Shown: positions 26,832 through 37,792 of the stretch, one piece after another | Layout: every line of letters starts with the position of its first letter | How positions within the stretch are numbered: the first letter of the stretch is position 1 | Source of the DNA: a bacterium | GTDB lineage: Bacteria; UBA8248 | DNA length: 64,000 nucleotides | NCBI GenBank assembly: GCA_965203325.1 | Contig: OZ241875.1 | Span: 1,248,001 to 1,312,000, forward strand | Reading direction: 5' to 3' | Notes under the pieces: model-generated | Databases searched by the model: none | Told to the model about the DNA's origin: nothing | The model's input: the letters and a program-made list of their open reading frames with translations, nothing else | Program-made: the position numbers and the translations under genes

Positions 26832-28967
26832 ATGGCCGCGAGAAAGAAAGAAAAATACCGCGTCGGGGTCGACATCGGCGGCACGTTCACCGACGTCGTC
26901 CTCATGGGAGAGCAAGAGGGACTCATCGCCTCCTATAAGGTGGACACCACGCCGGTGAATCTGGAGGGTTGTTTCGTAAACGGACTCCTGAGGGCGACGC
27001 AAAACATATCCCCCGAAGAGGTGGGGCGCATCCTCCACGCCACCACCGTGGCCACCAACACCGTCTTGGAATCAAAAGGGGCGCGCACCGCCCTGGTCGC
27101 AACCAAGGGGTTCCGGGACATCCTCGAGATCGCCCGCCAGCGCAGGCCGAGCCTGTATAACTTACAGGAAGTAAAGGCCAGGCCCCTCATCCCCCGGCGG
27201 CTCTGTTTCGAGGTGAACGAGCGGCTGGGATGGGACGGAGACGTCGTCACCAAACCGACGAAAACGGAACTCGATCGGCTCGCGCATGCGCTCGATGCCT
27301 CGGGCGCCGAGTCTGTGGTGATCGCGCTGCTCTTCTCCCATGTAAATTCCGCCCACGAGCACCGGGTGAAAGAACATCTCATTCGCGCGCTCCCGGGCCG
27401 TCATATCGTTGCTTCTTCTGACATAACGCCCGAATTCCGCGAATTCGAACGAACCAGCACGGCCTCACTCGTCGGCTACCTGAAACCCATATTCGCGCGC
27501 TACACGGAAAATCTGCACGAGGAGGTATCCCGGCTCGGCCACCGCCCCGAGAAGCTCCTCATCATGAATTCCGCCGGCGGGCTGATGTCGCCGGCTTCTG
27601 CGCGCGAACGCCCCCACACGCTGATCGAATCGGGTCCCGCGGCGGGCGTCATCGCCGCCACCGTTCTCGCGCGGGAGATCGAAGAGGCCGACATCATCTC
27701 GTTCGACATGGGCGGTACCACGGCCAAGGCGAGCCTCATAGAAGGAGGAGCCTACAAGACCACCACCGAATACGAGATCGGGATGGGCATGCACCAGTCC
27801 CTGGCGGTGCGCTTCACGGGATATCCCGTCAAGACGCCCGTGATCGACCTGACCGAATGCGGCGCAGGCGGCGGCTCCATCGCTTCGGTGGACGGCGTGG
27901 GCGTTCTGAAAGTCGGCCCTCACAGCGCGGGTTCCGAACCCGGCCCGGTCTGCTACGGGCGCGGGGGCGAGGAGCCCACCGTCACGGACGCCAACCTCGT
28001 ACTGGGCCGCCTGAATCCGGATTATTTCGTCGGGGGAGAATCCCGCCTCAACCTCGAATTTGCGGAAAGAGCCATCGAGGAGAAGATAGCCGGGCCTCTC
28101 GGTCTGTCTACCATGCAAGCCGCTTCGGGAATCATCGAAGTCGTGAACGCGCACATGGTCCGCACCCTCCGTGTAGTTTCGGTCGCCAGAGGCTATGACC
28201 CGCGTAATTTTGCGCTCATCAGTTTCGGCGGGGCGGGTCCCCTGCACGCGGCCGATCTGGCGAACGAACTCGGGGTTCCACGCATCGTCATCCCCGAGGC
28301 GCCGGGCGTATTCTCCGCACTCGGCCTGCTCCGGGCGGACTTGAGAGCGGACTTCACGGCCACAACCCGCCTGAGCCTCGACGGGGAAAACGCAGGAGCC
28401 ATCGCAGCCCTCATGGCCGACCTCGAAGCTGAGGCGGACGAATGGCTCAAGGCCGAGAAGGCGCCCCGGACAAAGCGCACCCTCGCGCGCTCGGCCGATC
28501 TGCGCTACCCGCTTCAGAACTACGAGATCAACGTGCCGCTGCCCGGAGGCAAGGTGAACACCAGGTGGCTCGGAAAGGCGCGGAGGGCGTTTCACGACGC
28601 GCACTTGCGCCAGTACAGCTACTCCGATGAGGCGGAAAGGGTTCAGGCCGTGAACCTTCGCGTCTCGGCCATCGGTCTCACGGATCGCATTCGCCCGAAA
28701 AAAATCGCCTTAGGCTCGCGAAGCCCAAAAGCGGCGTTCAAATCTGAGCGGAAGGTGCATTTCCAGGAAACCGGAAACTTCATCCACTGTCCCATCTATG
28801 AACGCGAACTCCTCAAAGGCGGAAACCGGGTTCCAGGCCCTGCGGTTATCGAGCAACCCGATTCCACGGTGCTCATCCCCCCTTCGTTTCGCGTGGAGGT
28901 GGATTCACTCGGCCGGCTCGTGATGACGCGCAAGAAAACAGGCGATGCGAAACGAGAAATTCGCTAG
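26832..28967 (+). CDS. Hydantoinase A/5-oxoprolinase family protein
   Basis: GVDIGGTFTD, HATTVATN, ESGPAAG, DMGGTT, GAGGGS, FGGAGPLH. Confidence 0.92.
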   Translation: MAARKKEKYRVGVDIGGTFTDVVLMGEQEGLIASYKVDTTPVNLEGCFVNGLLRATQNISPEEVGRILHATTVATNTVLESKGARTALVATKGFRDILEIARQRRPSLYNLQEVKARPLIPRRLCFEVNERLGWDGDVVTKPTKTELDRLAHALDASGAESVVIALLFSHVNSAHEHRVKEHLIRALPGRHIVASSDITPEFREFERTSTASLVGYLKPIFARYTENLHEEVSRLGHRPEKLLIMNSAGGLMSPASARERPHTLIESGPAAGVIAATVLAREIEEADIISFDMGGTTAKASLIEGGAYKTTTEYEIGMGMHQSLAVRFTGYPVKTPVIDLTECGAGGGSIASVDGVGVLKVGPHSAGSEPGPVCYGRGGEEPTVTDANLVLGRLNPDYFVGGESRLNLEFAERAIEEKIAGPLGLSTMQAASGIIEVVNAHMVRTLRVVSVARGYDPRNFALISFGGAGPLHAADLANELGVPRIVIPEAPGVFSALGLLRADLRADFTATTRLSLDGENAGAIAALMADLEAEADEWLKAEKAPRTKRTLARSADLRYPLQNYEINVPLPGGKVNTRWLGKARRAFHDAHLRQYSYSDEAERVQAVNLRVSAIGLTDRIRPKKIALGSRSPKAAFKSERKVHFQETGNFIHCPIYERELLKGGNRVPGPAVIEQPDSTVLIPPSFRVEVDSLGRLVMTRKKTGDAKREIR

Positions 28968-28982
28968 CTGCGCTTCTTTGCC

Positions 28983-30701
28983 CTACGCTTCGCGCAACTT
29001 CTTCGTTGCGGCTTCATCGAGCACGCCCGATTCATCGACCACGACCCTGTAGATTTCCTTTGCTCGCTTAGCGGATATTTTTCCGTCGCGGACGTCGAGA
29101 GCCACCAGTGCGGATTCACGTTCCTGCGGCGGGCCGTATCCCCCCGCTCCAGGAGTGACATGGACATACACCGTCCCCTCAGGCACGTGAATCGTCTCGT
29201 TTCCCTTGAGGCGCTGCTCTTCGGGCGTATCGGGGTTCAGGACATTCTGACAAACGGTGCCGTTGAGACCGCCATGCAGCCCCCAGGGAGCATGTTCCGC
29301 CCTGCCTGAGCGAACCTGGAGCATTCCACCCTCGGGCGCGAGTATGCGAATTTTTCGCCGCACGCCAAGGCCGCCCCGGAACTTACCCGCGCCCTCGGAA
29401 TCAGGCTCATAGCAGTATTCCTCCACCAATACCGGATAGGTACTCTCCACCATCTCGACGGGGGAGTTCGCCATGTTGGCGGCGACGTTCGCCACGCCGT
29501 CGATGCCGTCCATCGAAGGATGACCGCCCCACGCGCCCACAAGCGCTTCACTGAGTATGCTGGGTACGCCGTTTTTCGTAGCGCCTACCGTATAACGCGT
29601 GGTGCCTCCCTCACTCGCCGCCCGCACCAGGTGCGGAGCCGCCTGCCCCAGGGCGCCGAATATGCAATCGGCCACCCGGTAACCCACAACACCCATCGCG
29701 CCCACGGCCGCGGGAAAACTGGGGTGTACGAGCGTTCCCTCCGGCGCCACGAGGCGAAGCGGCCGGAAAAAACCCGCCGTATTGGGAATTTCCTGGCTCA
29801 TGATGGAGCGCACAGCCAGATAGAACGCCGAACGCGAATATGCGAGAGGCGAGTTGATGGCGGTGGGCGCCTGTAGATCAGTGCCCGTGAAATCGGCGGT
29901 CAAATCGTCCCCGTCTATCGTGAGGGTGACGAAAAGACGCTGCGGTCCGCCATCCATTCCGTCATTGTCGAGCCAATCCTCAAAGGGGTAGACGCCATCG
30001 GGCATCGCGGCAATTTCGGCGCGCGCCATCTTCTCGCTGCGGTCGAGCAAGCCCGCCATGGCGGCGCGCATCACCTCGTTGCCGTAGCGCCGTGCCAGAG
30101 CGGAGAGACGCCTTTCGCCCAGACGGCAGGCCGTGAGCTGGGCTTCCAGATCGCCGAAAAAATCTCTCGGAAGGCGGGAGTTTTTCTCGATCAACGCCAT
30201 GAGCGTCTCATCGCGCTTTCCGTCGCGCTCCAGCAGGAGAGGCGGAATCCTCAATCCCTCGGCGAAAACCTCCCGGCTGTTCACCGGAACACTCCCCGGC
30301 ACGTGACCGCCTACATCCGTCATGTGAGCCATGGCGACAGCATGTCCCATCAATTCATCGCCGCAGAATATCGGCGTGACGAGCACGATGTTAGGCAGGT
30401 GCATGCCGCCTTCGTAGGGGTCGTTCATGATGAGAGCGTCGCCCGGGCGCAGGTTTCCCTCGAACCTGTTGAGCATGGCGGCCACCGCCGTCGGCAGCGC
30501 GCCCAGGTGAATCGCCATGCCCACACCCTGAACGACCATCTCCCCTCTGGGATTGCACAGTGCTACGGTGAAATCGAGCAGGTCGCGGACCAGCGGGGAA
30601 TAGGCCGTACGAACGATGACGGCGGCCATTTCATCGGCCACGCTGAACAATCCGCGCTCTACGACGGAGGTCGTCACAGGGTCCAGACGCTTTTCAAGCA
30701 T
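28983..30701 (-). CDS. Hydantoinase B/5-oxoprolinase family protein
   Basis: RTAYSP...DF, NDPYEGGMHLP, EGLRIPP, GAGKFRGG, GAGGYG. Confidence 0.92.
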   Translation of the reverse strand: MLEKRLDPVTTSVVERGLFSVADEMAAVIVRTAYSPLVRDLLDFTVALCNPRGEMVVQGVGMAIHLGALPTAVAAMLNRFEGNLRPGDALIMNDPYEGGMHLPNIVLVTPIFCGDELMGHAVAMAHMTDVGGHVPGSVPVNSREVFAEGLRIPPLLLERDGKRDETLMALIEKNSRLPRDFFGDLEAQLTACRLGERRLSALARRYGNEVMRAAMAGLLDRSEKMARAEIAAMPDGVYPFEDWLDNDGMDGGPQRLFVTLTIDGDDLTADFTGTDLQAPTAINSPLAYSRSAFYLAVRSIMSQEIPNTAGFFRPLRLVAPEGTLVHPSFPAAVGAMGVVGYRVADCIFGALGQAAPHLVRAASEGGTTRYTVGATKNGVPSILSEALVGAWGGHPSMDGIDGVANVAANMANSPVEMVESTYPVLVEEYCYEPDSEGAGKFRGGLGVRRKIRILAPEGGMLQVRSGRAEHAPWGLHGGLNGTVCQNVLNPDTPEEQRLKGNETIHVPEGTVYVHVTPGAGGYGPPQERESALVALDVRDGKISAKRAKEIYRVVVDESGVLDEAATKKLREA

Positions 30702-30809
30702 GCGTTCTCCGTGTCAAGATGGCTGCATCATGAAAGTGGAGTCGGAAGCTACCATAACATCACGGTGGGACGCCATTCCCGGGCGCTCCCACCTTCAGAA
30801 ACCGAGATC

Positions 30810-32903
30810 ATGAGCAAGCGAACTTTTCGAATCGGGGTGGACATCGGAGGTACGTTCACCGACATCGTCCTCATCGACGAGGAAGGATGCGTCCATACGG
30901 CGAAGGCCATCTCCACGACGGACGCCTATGAGCGCGGCATCCTGGAAACACTAGAAAACCTGCTTCGAGAAAACCATTTATCCGCCGCAGATTGCACCGA
31001 AGTGGCCCACGGGACCACCGTGGCCACCAACGCCATCATCGAACGCGAAGGCGCGCTCACCGGCCTCATCACTACTCGGGGCTTCCGGGATGTCCTCGAG
31101 CTGAGGCGAATACGCATACCCACCCAGTATGACCTGGGCTGGGCGAAGCCTCCCCCTTTGGTGGAGCGATTCCTCCGGATGGAAGTGCGCGAGCGAATGA
31201 GCCATACAGGCGAGACGCTCGAAGCCCTGGATGCGGAATCGGTGCGAAGCGCCATCGCCGAACTCACCGGGCAGGGTGTGGAATCCATAGCAGTCTGTCT
31301 TTTGAATTCCTATGCCAACCCCGGGCACGAGCGCGCCGTGTTGGACATCATCCGCGCTCAAAACCCGGGCGTCGACGTTTCCATCTCCTCGGATATCCTG
31401 CCCGAAATGAGGGAATACGAACGCACAAGCACGACCGTCATCAACGCTTTCGTGATGCCGGTCGTCAAGCGATATCTCGAATCGCTCGAAACAGGTCTGC
31501 GCGAGAGAGAGTTCACGGCCCCGCTCTTGATGATGCAGTCGAACGGCGGAATCATGACCGCGGAAGTGGCGCGCGCACAGCCCATACACATCATCGAGTC
31601 AGGACCCGCGGCAGGGGTCGTCGCTGCGCATCATCTCGCCAGGCGCATCGACGTGAACAACGCTATCACCATGGACATCGGAGGTACTACGGCGAAGGCG
31701 AGCCTCATCGAAAACGGCGAGACGACATTCTCTCCCGAATACGAAGTCGGTGGCGGATTCTCCCAGTCGAATCGCCTCGCGCGCGGTGGGGGCTACCTTC
31801 TACGCACTCCCACGCTCGACATCGCGGAGATCGGCGCGGGCGGCGGCAGCATCGTCTGGATAGACAAGGGTGGCGCTCTTCAGGTGGGGCCCAAGAGCGC
31901 GGGCGCGAACCCGGGTCCCGCATGCTACGGCCTCGGGGGTATAGAGCCCACCCTGACGGATAGCTGCCTGTTGCTGGGCTATCTCGATTCTGAGGGTATC
32001 GCAGGCGGTTCGGTGAAGCTAGATCTCTCCGCCGCAGAGCGCGCCCTGGGCGAGAAAGTGGCGAAGCCGCTGGGCCTCGACATCACGGCGCTCGCCCACG
32101 GCGTCGTTCAGATCGCAACCACGAACATGACGCGGGCGATTCGTTCGGTCTCCACCGAGCGAGGGAAGGACCCTCGGGATTTCAGCCTGTTCGCCTTCGG
32201 AGGAAACGGGGGACTCTTCGCGGCCTCCGTCGCACGAGAACTGGAACTCCCCCAGGTCGTCATCCCCCCATCTTCGGGTATTTTCTCCGCATTCGGGCTT
32301 CTCTATTCCGACCTGGAGCACCATTTCACCCAGACCCTATTGGGAAGAACCGACGAACTCGACCCCGGGTCGGTCGAGTCCCATTGGGAACGCCTTGAGG
32401 CTGAAGCGCGCGATTTGCTCTCGAGGGAGGGATATCCCGGCGAGAGGTGCCGTCTCCGCAGGCGCGGTGAGCTTCGCTACTACGGGCAAACGCATGAGTT
32501 ATCCATTCCCTGGCCGGAGAATTGCTCGGCCGACGAGGCGCTCGCACAGGCCTCCGCCGCATTCGAAGACGAACATGAACGCACTTACGGCCACCGCGGA
32601 GGCGACGGGCTCGTGGAGTTGGTTACTCTCCACCTCGTCGCCACGGGCGTACCCGAAACGGCACGTTTCCCCGACTCGCTCCTCTTCCCTGAAAACCTGA
32701 ATACCAGGACGGGTGAGCGGCGAGCCTATTTCGGCGCGGAGATAGGCTGGGCCTCCGCGCAACTCATCAACCGCGCCATGCTCGATGAATCCGTAAAAAA
32801 GGGACCTTTCATCCTCCAGGAGTTCGACGCCACCATTCTCGTTCCTCCCGATTTCACCATCGCCAGGGATGCGTTCAACAACATCATCATGCGGATTGAA
32901 TGA
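30810..32903 (+). CDS. Hydantoinase A/5-oxoprolinase family protein
   Basis: Start placed at MSKRTFRIGVDIGGTFTD (30810). HGTTVATN, ESGPAAG, DIGGTT. Confidence 0.92.
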   Translation: MSKRTFRIGVDIGGTFTDIVLIDEEGCVHTAKAISTTDAYERGILETLENLLRENHLSAADCTEVAHGTTVATNAIIEREGALTGLITTRGFRDVLELRRIRIPTQYDLGWAKPPPLVERFLRMEVRERMSHTGETLEALDAESVRSAIAELTGQGVESIAVCLLNSYANPGHERAVLDIIRAQNPGVDVSISSDILPEMREYERTSTTVINAFVMPVVKRYLESLETGLREREFTAPLLMMQSNGGIMTAEVARAQPIHIIESGPAAGVVAAHHLARRIDVNNAITMDIGGTTAKASLIENGETTFSPEYEVGGGFSQSNRLARGGGYLLRTPTLDIAEIGAGGGSIVWIDKGGALQVGPKSAGANPGPACYGLGGIEPTLTDSCLLLGYLDSEGIAGGSVKLDLSAAERALGEKVAKPLGLDITALAHGVVQIATTNMTRAIRSVSTERGKDPRDFSLFAFGGNGGLFAASVARELELPQVVIPPSSGIFSAFGLLYSDLEHHFTQTLLGRTDELDPGSVESHWERLEAEARDLLSREGYPGERCRLRRRGELRYYGQTHELSIPWPENCSADEALAQASAAFEDEHERTYGHRGGDGLVELVTLHLVATGVPETARFPDSLLFPENLNTRTGERRAYFGAEIGWASAQLINRAMLDESVKKGPFILQEFDATILVPPDFTIARDAFNNIIMRIE

Positions 32904-33109
32904 CGAATTACAGGATGCGGGGGAAGAAAACCCCTGTTTTCATGAATACGGGGACCAAGCGGAGCGTTGTCCTTGACACGAATAATGCCCCTCGCTAGGT
33001 TGCCGGGAATAGTCCCGAATGTGCCGCATCCCGCCGAGACGCCCGTCTTTACGGAGATGGAAATCCCGGGCGGCGGCGAAACCACCGGCCTTATTCCGAG
33101 AGGAGCGCC

Positions 33110-33490
33110 ATGCCCGTCTATCGCTTCGAGGATCTGCCCGAGGAGCAGCACAACCCGAACCTCTCCAGCAACCGGGGGGAGTCCATCAAGGGCGAGCGCA
33201 TGTATTTCTGCCACAGGAGGCGGCCCAGGGGCACGCGGGCGGAGCCGCACTATCACCCCTGCGAGCAGTTCATCTACGTGCTCCGAGGACGCCAGCGCAT
33301 CACGGTCGATGGAGAAGAACACACAGCAGGCCCCGGCGACGTCATCCACATACCGCCGAACGCCGTGCACTCGACGGTCGCTCTCGAAGACATGGAGACC
33401 ATCTACGTCAAGGACACCTCCTGGAGCCTGAAGGGCGTGCCTGCGGGCGATGAAGCTCCCGATGCGCCGCCCGAAGACGACCCCTTCTAA
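33110..33490 (+). CDS. Cupin-domain protein
   Basis: HYHPCEQFIYVLRG...GDVIHIPPNAVH. AGGAG RBS. Confidence 0.9.
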   Translation: MPVYRFEDLPEEQHNPNLSSNRGESIKGERMYFCHRRRPRGTRAEPHYHPCEQFIYVLRGRQRITVDGEEHTAGPGDVIHIPPNAVHSTVALEDMETIYVKDTSWSLKGVPAGDEAPDAPPEDDPF

Positions 33491-33507
33491 ATCAAGAGGA
33501 AGACCCC

Positions 33508-34641
33508 ATGCACGAATTTTTTCCGGGAAACTACATGCGCTCGTTCGTCACCTGCATCTCGCTGAGTTGCGGGGGGAGCGTGGACGAGATAGACCGCATC
33601 GCCAAAAACCTGGAGGGCACCGACCCTGCCGACAACGAGGCGTGGCACCGCGAATGGACGACCATGGCGGAGCGTGTGGAACGCATCGGCGCGGAAGCCC
33701 AGGAGAGAGGAAACCGCCTCACGGCCGCTCGCGCCTTTTTCCGCGCGTGCAACTACTATCTCTACGGGGAACGCTTCCTGCCGCCCACGAACAGGAAGAA
33801 GATACCGAGCTACAAGAAGGCGCTCGCGTGCTTCGATAAGGCAATCGCGAACGACAACGCCCTCAATCTGGAGAAGATCGAAGTTCCCTACGAGGGTCGG
33901 ACCCTGCCGGGGTTTTTCATGAAACCCGAGCGTGGCGGCAAGGACTATCCCGTCGTCATCTTCGTGGGCGGTCTCGACAGCACGAAGGAGAGCCAGTATT
34001 TCATGGCGGCGGCGGACATCATCGCGCGGGGGATGGCGTGCCTCATCGTCGATACGCCGGGCATCGGCGAGGCGCTTCGCTTGAGAAACATCCGCACCCG
34101 GCACGACTACGAGGTTCCAGGTGGCGCGCTTGTGGATTATCTGGAAACCAGAGACGACGTGGACGCAAGCCGCATCGGCCTGGTGGGCTTGAGCATGGGT
34201 GGGTACTACGCGCCCAGAATTGCCGTGTTCGAGAAGCGGATCAAAGCCTGCGCCGCTTGGGCGGGACACGGGGATTACTACCCCATCTGGTACGAGCGTC
34301 TGAGAGTCCCCACCGGCATCGGACAGTTCCGGCCCAGCCCCAAGTTCCAGATCCTCTGGGTGCTGGGGGTGGAGACGGCCGATGAAGTGCTGGAAGAGAT
34401 GAAGAAGTTCACCATCGAGAAAGAAGCGGCGCAGATTCAGTGCCCGTTCCTCATCACGCACGGGGAGGGCGACCGCCAGACGCCGGCGTCAGAAGCGCAA
34501 AAGCTCTACGACGCCGTGGGCGCTGAGGACAAGACCATCCGCATCTTCACGCACGAGGAGGGCGGGGCCGAGCACTGCCACTTCGACAACATCGAACTGG
34601 GCAGAAGTTTTATACTGGATTGGTTCGTGGAGAAACTCTAG
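33508..34641 (+). CDS. Alpha/beta hydrolase (FrsA / 2,6-dihydroxypseudooxynicotine hydrolase-like)
   Basis: GGLDSTKE, DTPGIGE, GLSMGGYYAPR, HGEGD, GGAEHC. Confidence 0.88.
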   Translation: MHEFFPGNYMRSFVTCISLSCGGSVDEIDRIAKNLEGTDPADNEAWHREWTTMAERVERIGAEAQERGNRLTAARAFFRACNYYLYGERFLPPTNRKKIPSYKKALACFDKAIANDNALNLEKIEVPYEGRTLPGFFMKPERGGKDYPVVIFVGGLDSTKESQYFMAAADIIARGMACLIVDTPGIGEALRLRNIRTRHDYEVPGGALVDYLETRDDVDASRIGLVGLSMGGYYAPRIAVFEKRIKACAAWAGHGDYYPIWYERLRVPTGIGQFRPSPKFQILWVLGVETADEVLEEMKKFTIEKEAAQIQCPFLITHGEGDRQTPASEAQKLYDAVGAEDKTIRIFTHEEGGAEHCHFDNIELGRSFILDWFVEKL

Positions 34642-34662
34642 GGAGAAGACAAGTCTTTCCCC

Positions 34663-35637
34663 TCAGGGCGTGAGGACGATTTTTCCCAGGAATTTTCCGC
34701 TGAGCATCAGTTCATGCGCCGCGTTGGCCTCGGCGAGCGGGAAGGCGGCCCCCACGTGCACCTTGAAACTCCCGTCCCGCAGCATGGGGAGGTAGCGCGG
34801 CACCACTTCGGGCATCTTCCGTGCGAGGTTGACGCCGGTGACGCCAAAGACCCGCGCGTCCTTGGTCATCACGGCGGGGACGCGAAAGCCCGCGCGCTGA
34901 TCCTTCCCCAGCCCCGCCCCCATCAGGACGATTCGCCCGTCCACGCAGACCGTGTCGAGGTCCTTGTCGAAATTATCGAAGCCGGCGCTCTCGATTATCA
35001 CGTCCACGCCGCGCCCGTCGGTCAGCGCGAGGCAGCGCTCGGCGAAATCCTCCCGGCGGTAGTTTATCGTTTCCTCCGCGCCCAGTTCCCGGCAGAACGC
35101 CGCCTTCTCCTCAGAACTCACCGTGGCGAACACGCGGCAGCCCATGCGCCGCGCGAGCTGTATCGCCGCAGAACCCACGCCGCCCGCGCCGCCTTGCACC
35201 AGTACGCTCTCCCCCGGCCCGGCTTTGGCTTTGATGACGAGCGCGTTCCAGGCCGTCCTGAGGCCGAGCGTGACGCCCGCCGCCTCTTCATGCGTCATGT
35301 TATCGGGAACCACCGCCGCCGCAGGTGCGCGCAGGCGCACCACCTCCGCGTAGGCCCCGCCCGCACAGGCGCCGAACGCGCGACAGCCGACCTCGAAGCC
35401 CTGGACACCCTCGCCGACCCCGATTACCTCGCCCGAGGCTTCGAGACCGGGAACGTAGGGCGGTGTGTGATGGCCTGAGTGATGGCTCTTTCCCGAACGG
35501 GTGGCGACGTCGCTCGGGTTCACGCCCGCGGCGCGCAGGCGCACCAGCAGTTCGTCCCGCCCGGGCGCAGGCTCATCCACCTCGTCCAGCCGCATCGAGG
35601 TCTCCAGACCGAACGCCTGCACACGCATCGCCTTCAT
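34663..35637 (-). CDS. NADPH:quinone oxidoreductase (MDR / zeta-crystallin family)
   Basis: AAGVNPSD, PG.EASG.V, GGAGGVGSAAIQLA, GKIVL. Start at MKAMRV. Confidence 0.9.
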   Translation of the reverse strand: MKAMRVQAFGLETSMRLDEVDEPAPGRDELLVRLRAAGVNPSDVATRSGKSHHSGHHTPPYVPGLEASGEVIGVGEGVQGFEVGCRAFGACAGGAYAEVVRLRAPAAAVVPDNMTHEEAAGVTLGLRTAWNALVIKAKAGPGESVLVQGGAGGVGSAAIQLARRMGCRVFATVSSEEKAAFCRELGAEETINYRREDFAERCLALTDGRGVDVIIESAGFDNFDKDLDTVCVDGRIVLMGAGLGKDQRAGFRVPAVMTKDARVFGVTGVNLARKMPEVVPRYLPMLRDGSFKVHVGAAFPLAEANAAHELMLSGKFLGKIVLTP

Positions 35638-35676
35638 GGGTTGTCTCCTGTGGGAGTCACCGCGAGCCAAACCCCC

Positions 35677-36666
35677 TCAACTCTCCAGAAAATTCTCCAC
35701 CTCGCGGTATAACTCCTCGCGGCGCTTCTCCCATTCCATGTAGTGCGTGCCGTCGCCGATGACGACGAAGCGCTTGCCCCGGCTGTTCACGAGCTTTTCG
35801 AACAGACCCCACGCCTCGGCCTCGTTCGCCGATCCGTCGTAATCCCCGAAAATCAAGAGCGCCGGGCAACGCAGCTTCGCCGCGTCATAAGCCGGAATCC
35901 CCCGCGCGCGGTCGAACAGGTCGGCATAAGAGCCGTTGGGCGATTTCACCGCCGAGGGCCGCCGCCCCGCCCCCTCGGGGCTGAAGTTTAGGCGCGTCTC
36001 CCATATTGCCCGCACCACGTGCTTCTCGCGCCAGCGGTGATGCCGCGTCCCCGGAATATGCCCCCACCAGCGCCTGTGGAGGTCGGCTTCGGTCGTCCAG
36101 AACCACGCGCCGAGTTTCTCGTTGAAGTGGCCGGGGCGATCCGGGTCCTCGAACTGCGCGGCGCGCTCGGGGTTCACGCCCGCGTAGTAGGGGGCGTAGA
36201 GCACCACCCTGCGCACCTGGGGGTTGTGGGCTGAGGCGAAGGTGGGCACCGTGGTCGAGCCCCACGAGCGCCCGAGGATGTTCACCCGCTCCACCTCCCG
36301 CAGGTTTCGGATGAAGCGCACCGCCGCCCCGATATCGCGAGCGGCTGTAAAGCCGCGTATGGCGGGCGGCTTGCCGACCGGGTCTTCGATCATTTCGGGC
36401 GGATAGCTCGACCAGCCGAACCCTCGCACCGAGAGGGCGAACACGTCGTAGCCGCGCCCGGCCAGCCTGTCCATCCACGAATACCCCGGCACAGGCAGGT
36501 CGAACACCACGGGGGCGGCCGGGCCGCGCCCGTGCACCATCAGGAGCGTCTCGGCGGGCGTGAAGCGGCGCTTGCCACGGGGCCTTTTTTCGCGAATGTG
36601 AAGGCGGATGCCCTTGTCGAAAGCGTCGATGTAGTGATCCTCACAGACTATCTTTCCAGATGCCAT
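35677..36666 (-). CDS. Alpha/beta fold hydrolase
   Basis: LLMVHG, RGFGWS, GRSWG, LIFGDYD, GTHY. Confidence 0.85.
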   Translation of the reverse strand: MASGKIVCEDHYIDAFDKGIRLHIREKRPRGKRRFTPAETLLMVHGRGPAAPVVFDLPVPGYSWMDRLAGRGYDVFALSVRGFGWSSYPPEMIEDPVGKPPAIRGFTAARDIGAAVRFIRNLREVERVNILGRSWGSTTVPTFASAHNPQVRRVVLYAPYYAGVNPERAAQFEDPDRPGHFNEKLGAWFWTTEADLHRRWWGHIPGTRHHRWREKHVVRAIWETRLNFSPEGAGRRPSAVKSPNGSYADLFDRARGIPAYDAAKLRCPALLIFGDYDGSANEAEAWGLFEKLVNSRGKRFVVIGDGTHYMEWEKRREELYREVENFLES

Positions 36667-37715
36667 TATCCCGTTTCCTTTTCGGTGGACTCACTCACCC
36701 CCACCTCTTGCCACACCTTCGGAAATACCTCCTCCGCCATGAGCCTCATGGTGTCGAGAGCCATGGCGTGGGGCATGCCGGGCCACTGGAGGCTGATGAT
36801 CAGGTGGTTCACGCCGAGTCGCTTTGCGAGATGGGCGATTTGCTCGGCCACGTCGTCGGGCGCGCCCAGGATGAAGCGGTTATCGAGCAGGCTATCGAGG
36901 GAAACGCCGAAATCGTTGTCCCCTTCCGGCATGGCCTTGTCCTGACCCCATTCGTGGTAGGAATCGTATTTTTTCTTGAGGTAAGGGCCGCACAGGCGGA
37001 GCGCTTCCTCGCGGCTTTCGGCCACGAACACCTCCCGCCGCATGGGAATTTCCTGAGGCGGCGGATTCCCCGCCTCATCAAGTGCCGTACGAAAGAGCTC
37101 CATCTGCCGCTCGATGGTGTCCATCCGGTTGTGGGGGTTGATGTACCAGGGAAGACCCAGACACCCCGCGCGCCTGATGCCCGCATCCGCGTTCGCGCCG
37201 ATCCAGATGGGGGGATGCGGCTTCTGGAGCGGCCTGGCCGAGCACGACGCGCCGTCGAGTCCGAAGTGCGAGCCCTGCATCCAGACCTTCTCTTCCGTCC
37301 AGAGGCGGCGGATGGCCTCTAAATTCTCGTTGAAACGCCGCAGGCTCTCTTTTTTGTCGGTCCCGAAGGCCTTGAACTCCACGTCGCGGTAGCCGAGTCC
37401 CACGCCGACGGTGAGCTTGCCGCCGGAGATGATGTCGATGGTCGCGAGTTGTTCGGCCAGATCGAGCGGCTTGTGCAGCGGGAGGAGAACAATGCCTGCC
37501 ACGATCCGCATCTCCGGCGCTTCGGCGGATACGCGCGTCAGGAAGGGAAGCTGCTGAAAACCCTGAAAGGGATGGGTGCTGTAGTGCGAACCCTTGGTGA
37601 TGGAGGCGAAGCCCAGATCGCGCGCGAGGCGCACCTGTTCCAAATGTTCCTCAAGGCGCGCGCGCATGTCGTCTTCCCGGGCGAAGTTGCCTCTCAGCAT
37701 GAGGCCGAATTGCAT
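36666..37715 (-). CDS. LLM-class flavin-dependent oxidoreductase
   Basis: MQFGL, H.P..LAEQ.AT.D..SGG...G.G.GYR..EF, PLQKPHPPIWIG. Confidence 0.9.
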   Translation of the reverse strand: MQFGLMLRGNFAREDDMRARLEEHLEQVRLARDLGFASITKGSHYSTHPFQGFQQLPFLTRVSAEAPEMRIVAGIVLLPLHKPLDLAEQLATIDIISGGKLTVGVGLGYRDVEFKAFGTDKKESLRRFNENLEAIRRLWTEEKVWMQGSHFGLDGASCSARPLQKPHPPIWIGANADAGIRRAGCLGLPWYINPHNRMDTIERQMELFRTALDEAGNPPPQEIPMRREVFVAESREEALRLCGPYLKKKYDSYHEWGQDKAMPEGDNDFGVSLDSLLDNRFILGAPDDVAEQIAHLAKRLGVNHLIISLQWPGMPHAMALDTMRLMAEEVFPKVWQEVGVSESTEKETG

Positions 37716-37792
37716 GGCGTGGCCCTCCGGTGTGCGTTCAAAAAAAACCGCGAGGGAGCATGCCGCTCCCCCGCGGTTTGAAGCCGCTCGCG

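Noticed and set aside
30303..30809. Extended start of the 866-aa hydantoinase A ORF
   Set aside because: Overlaps the opposite-strand hydantoinase B gene. The family motif begins right after Met at 30810.
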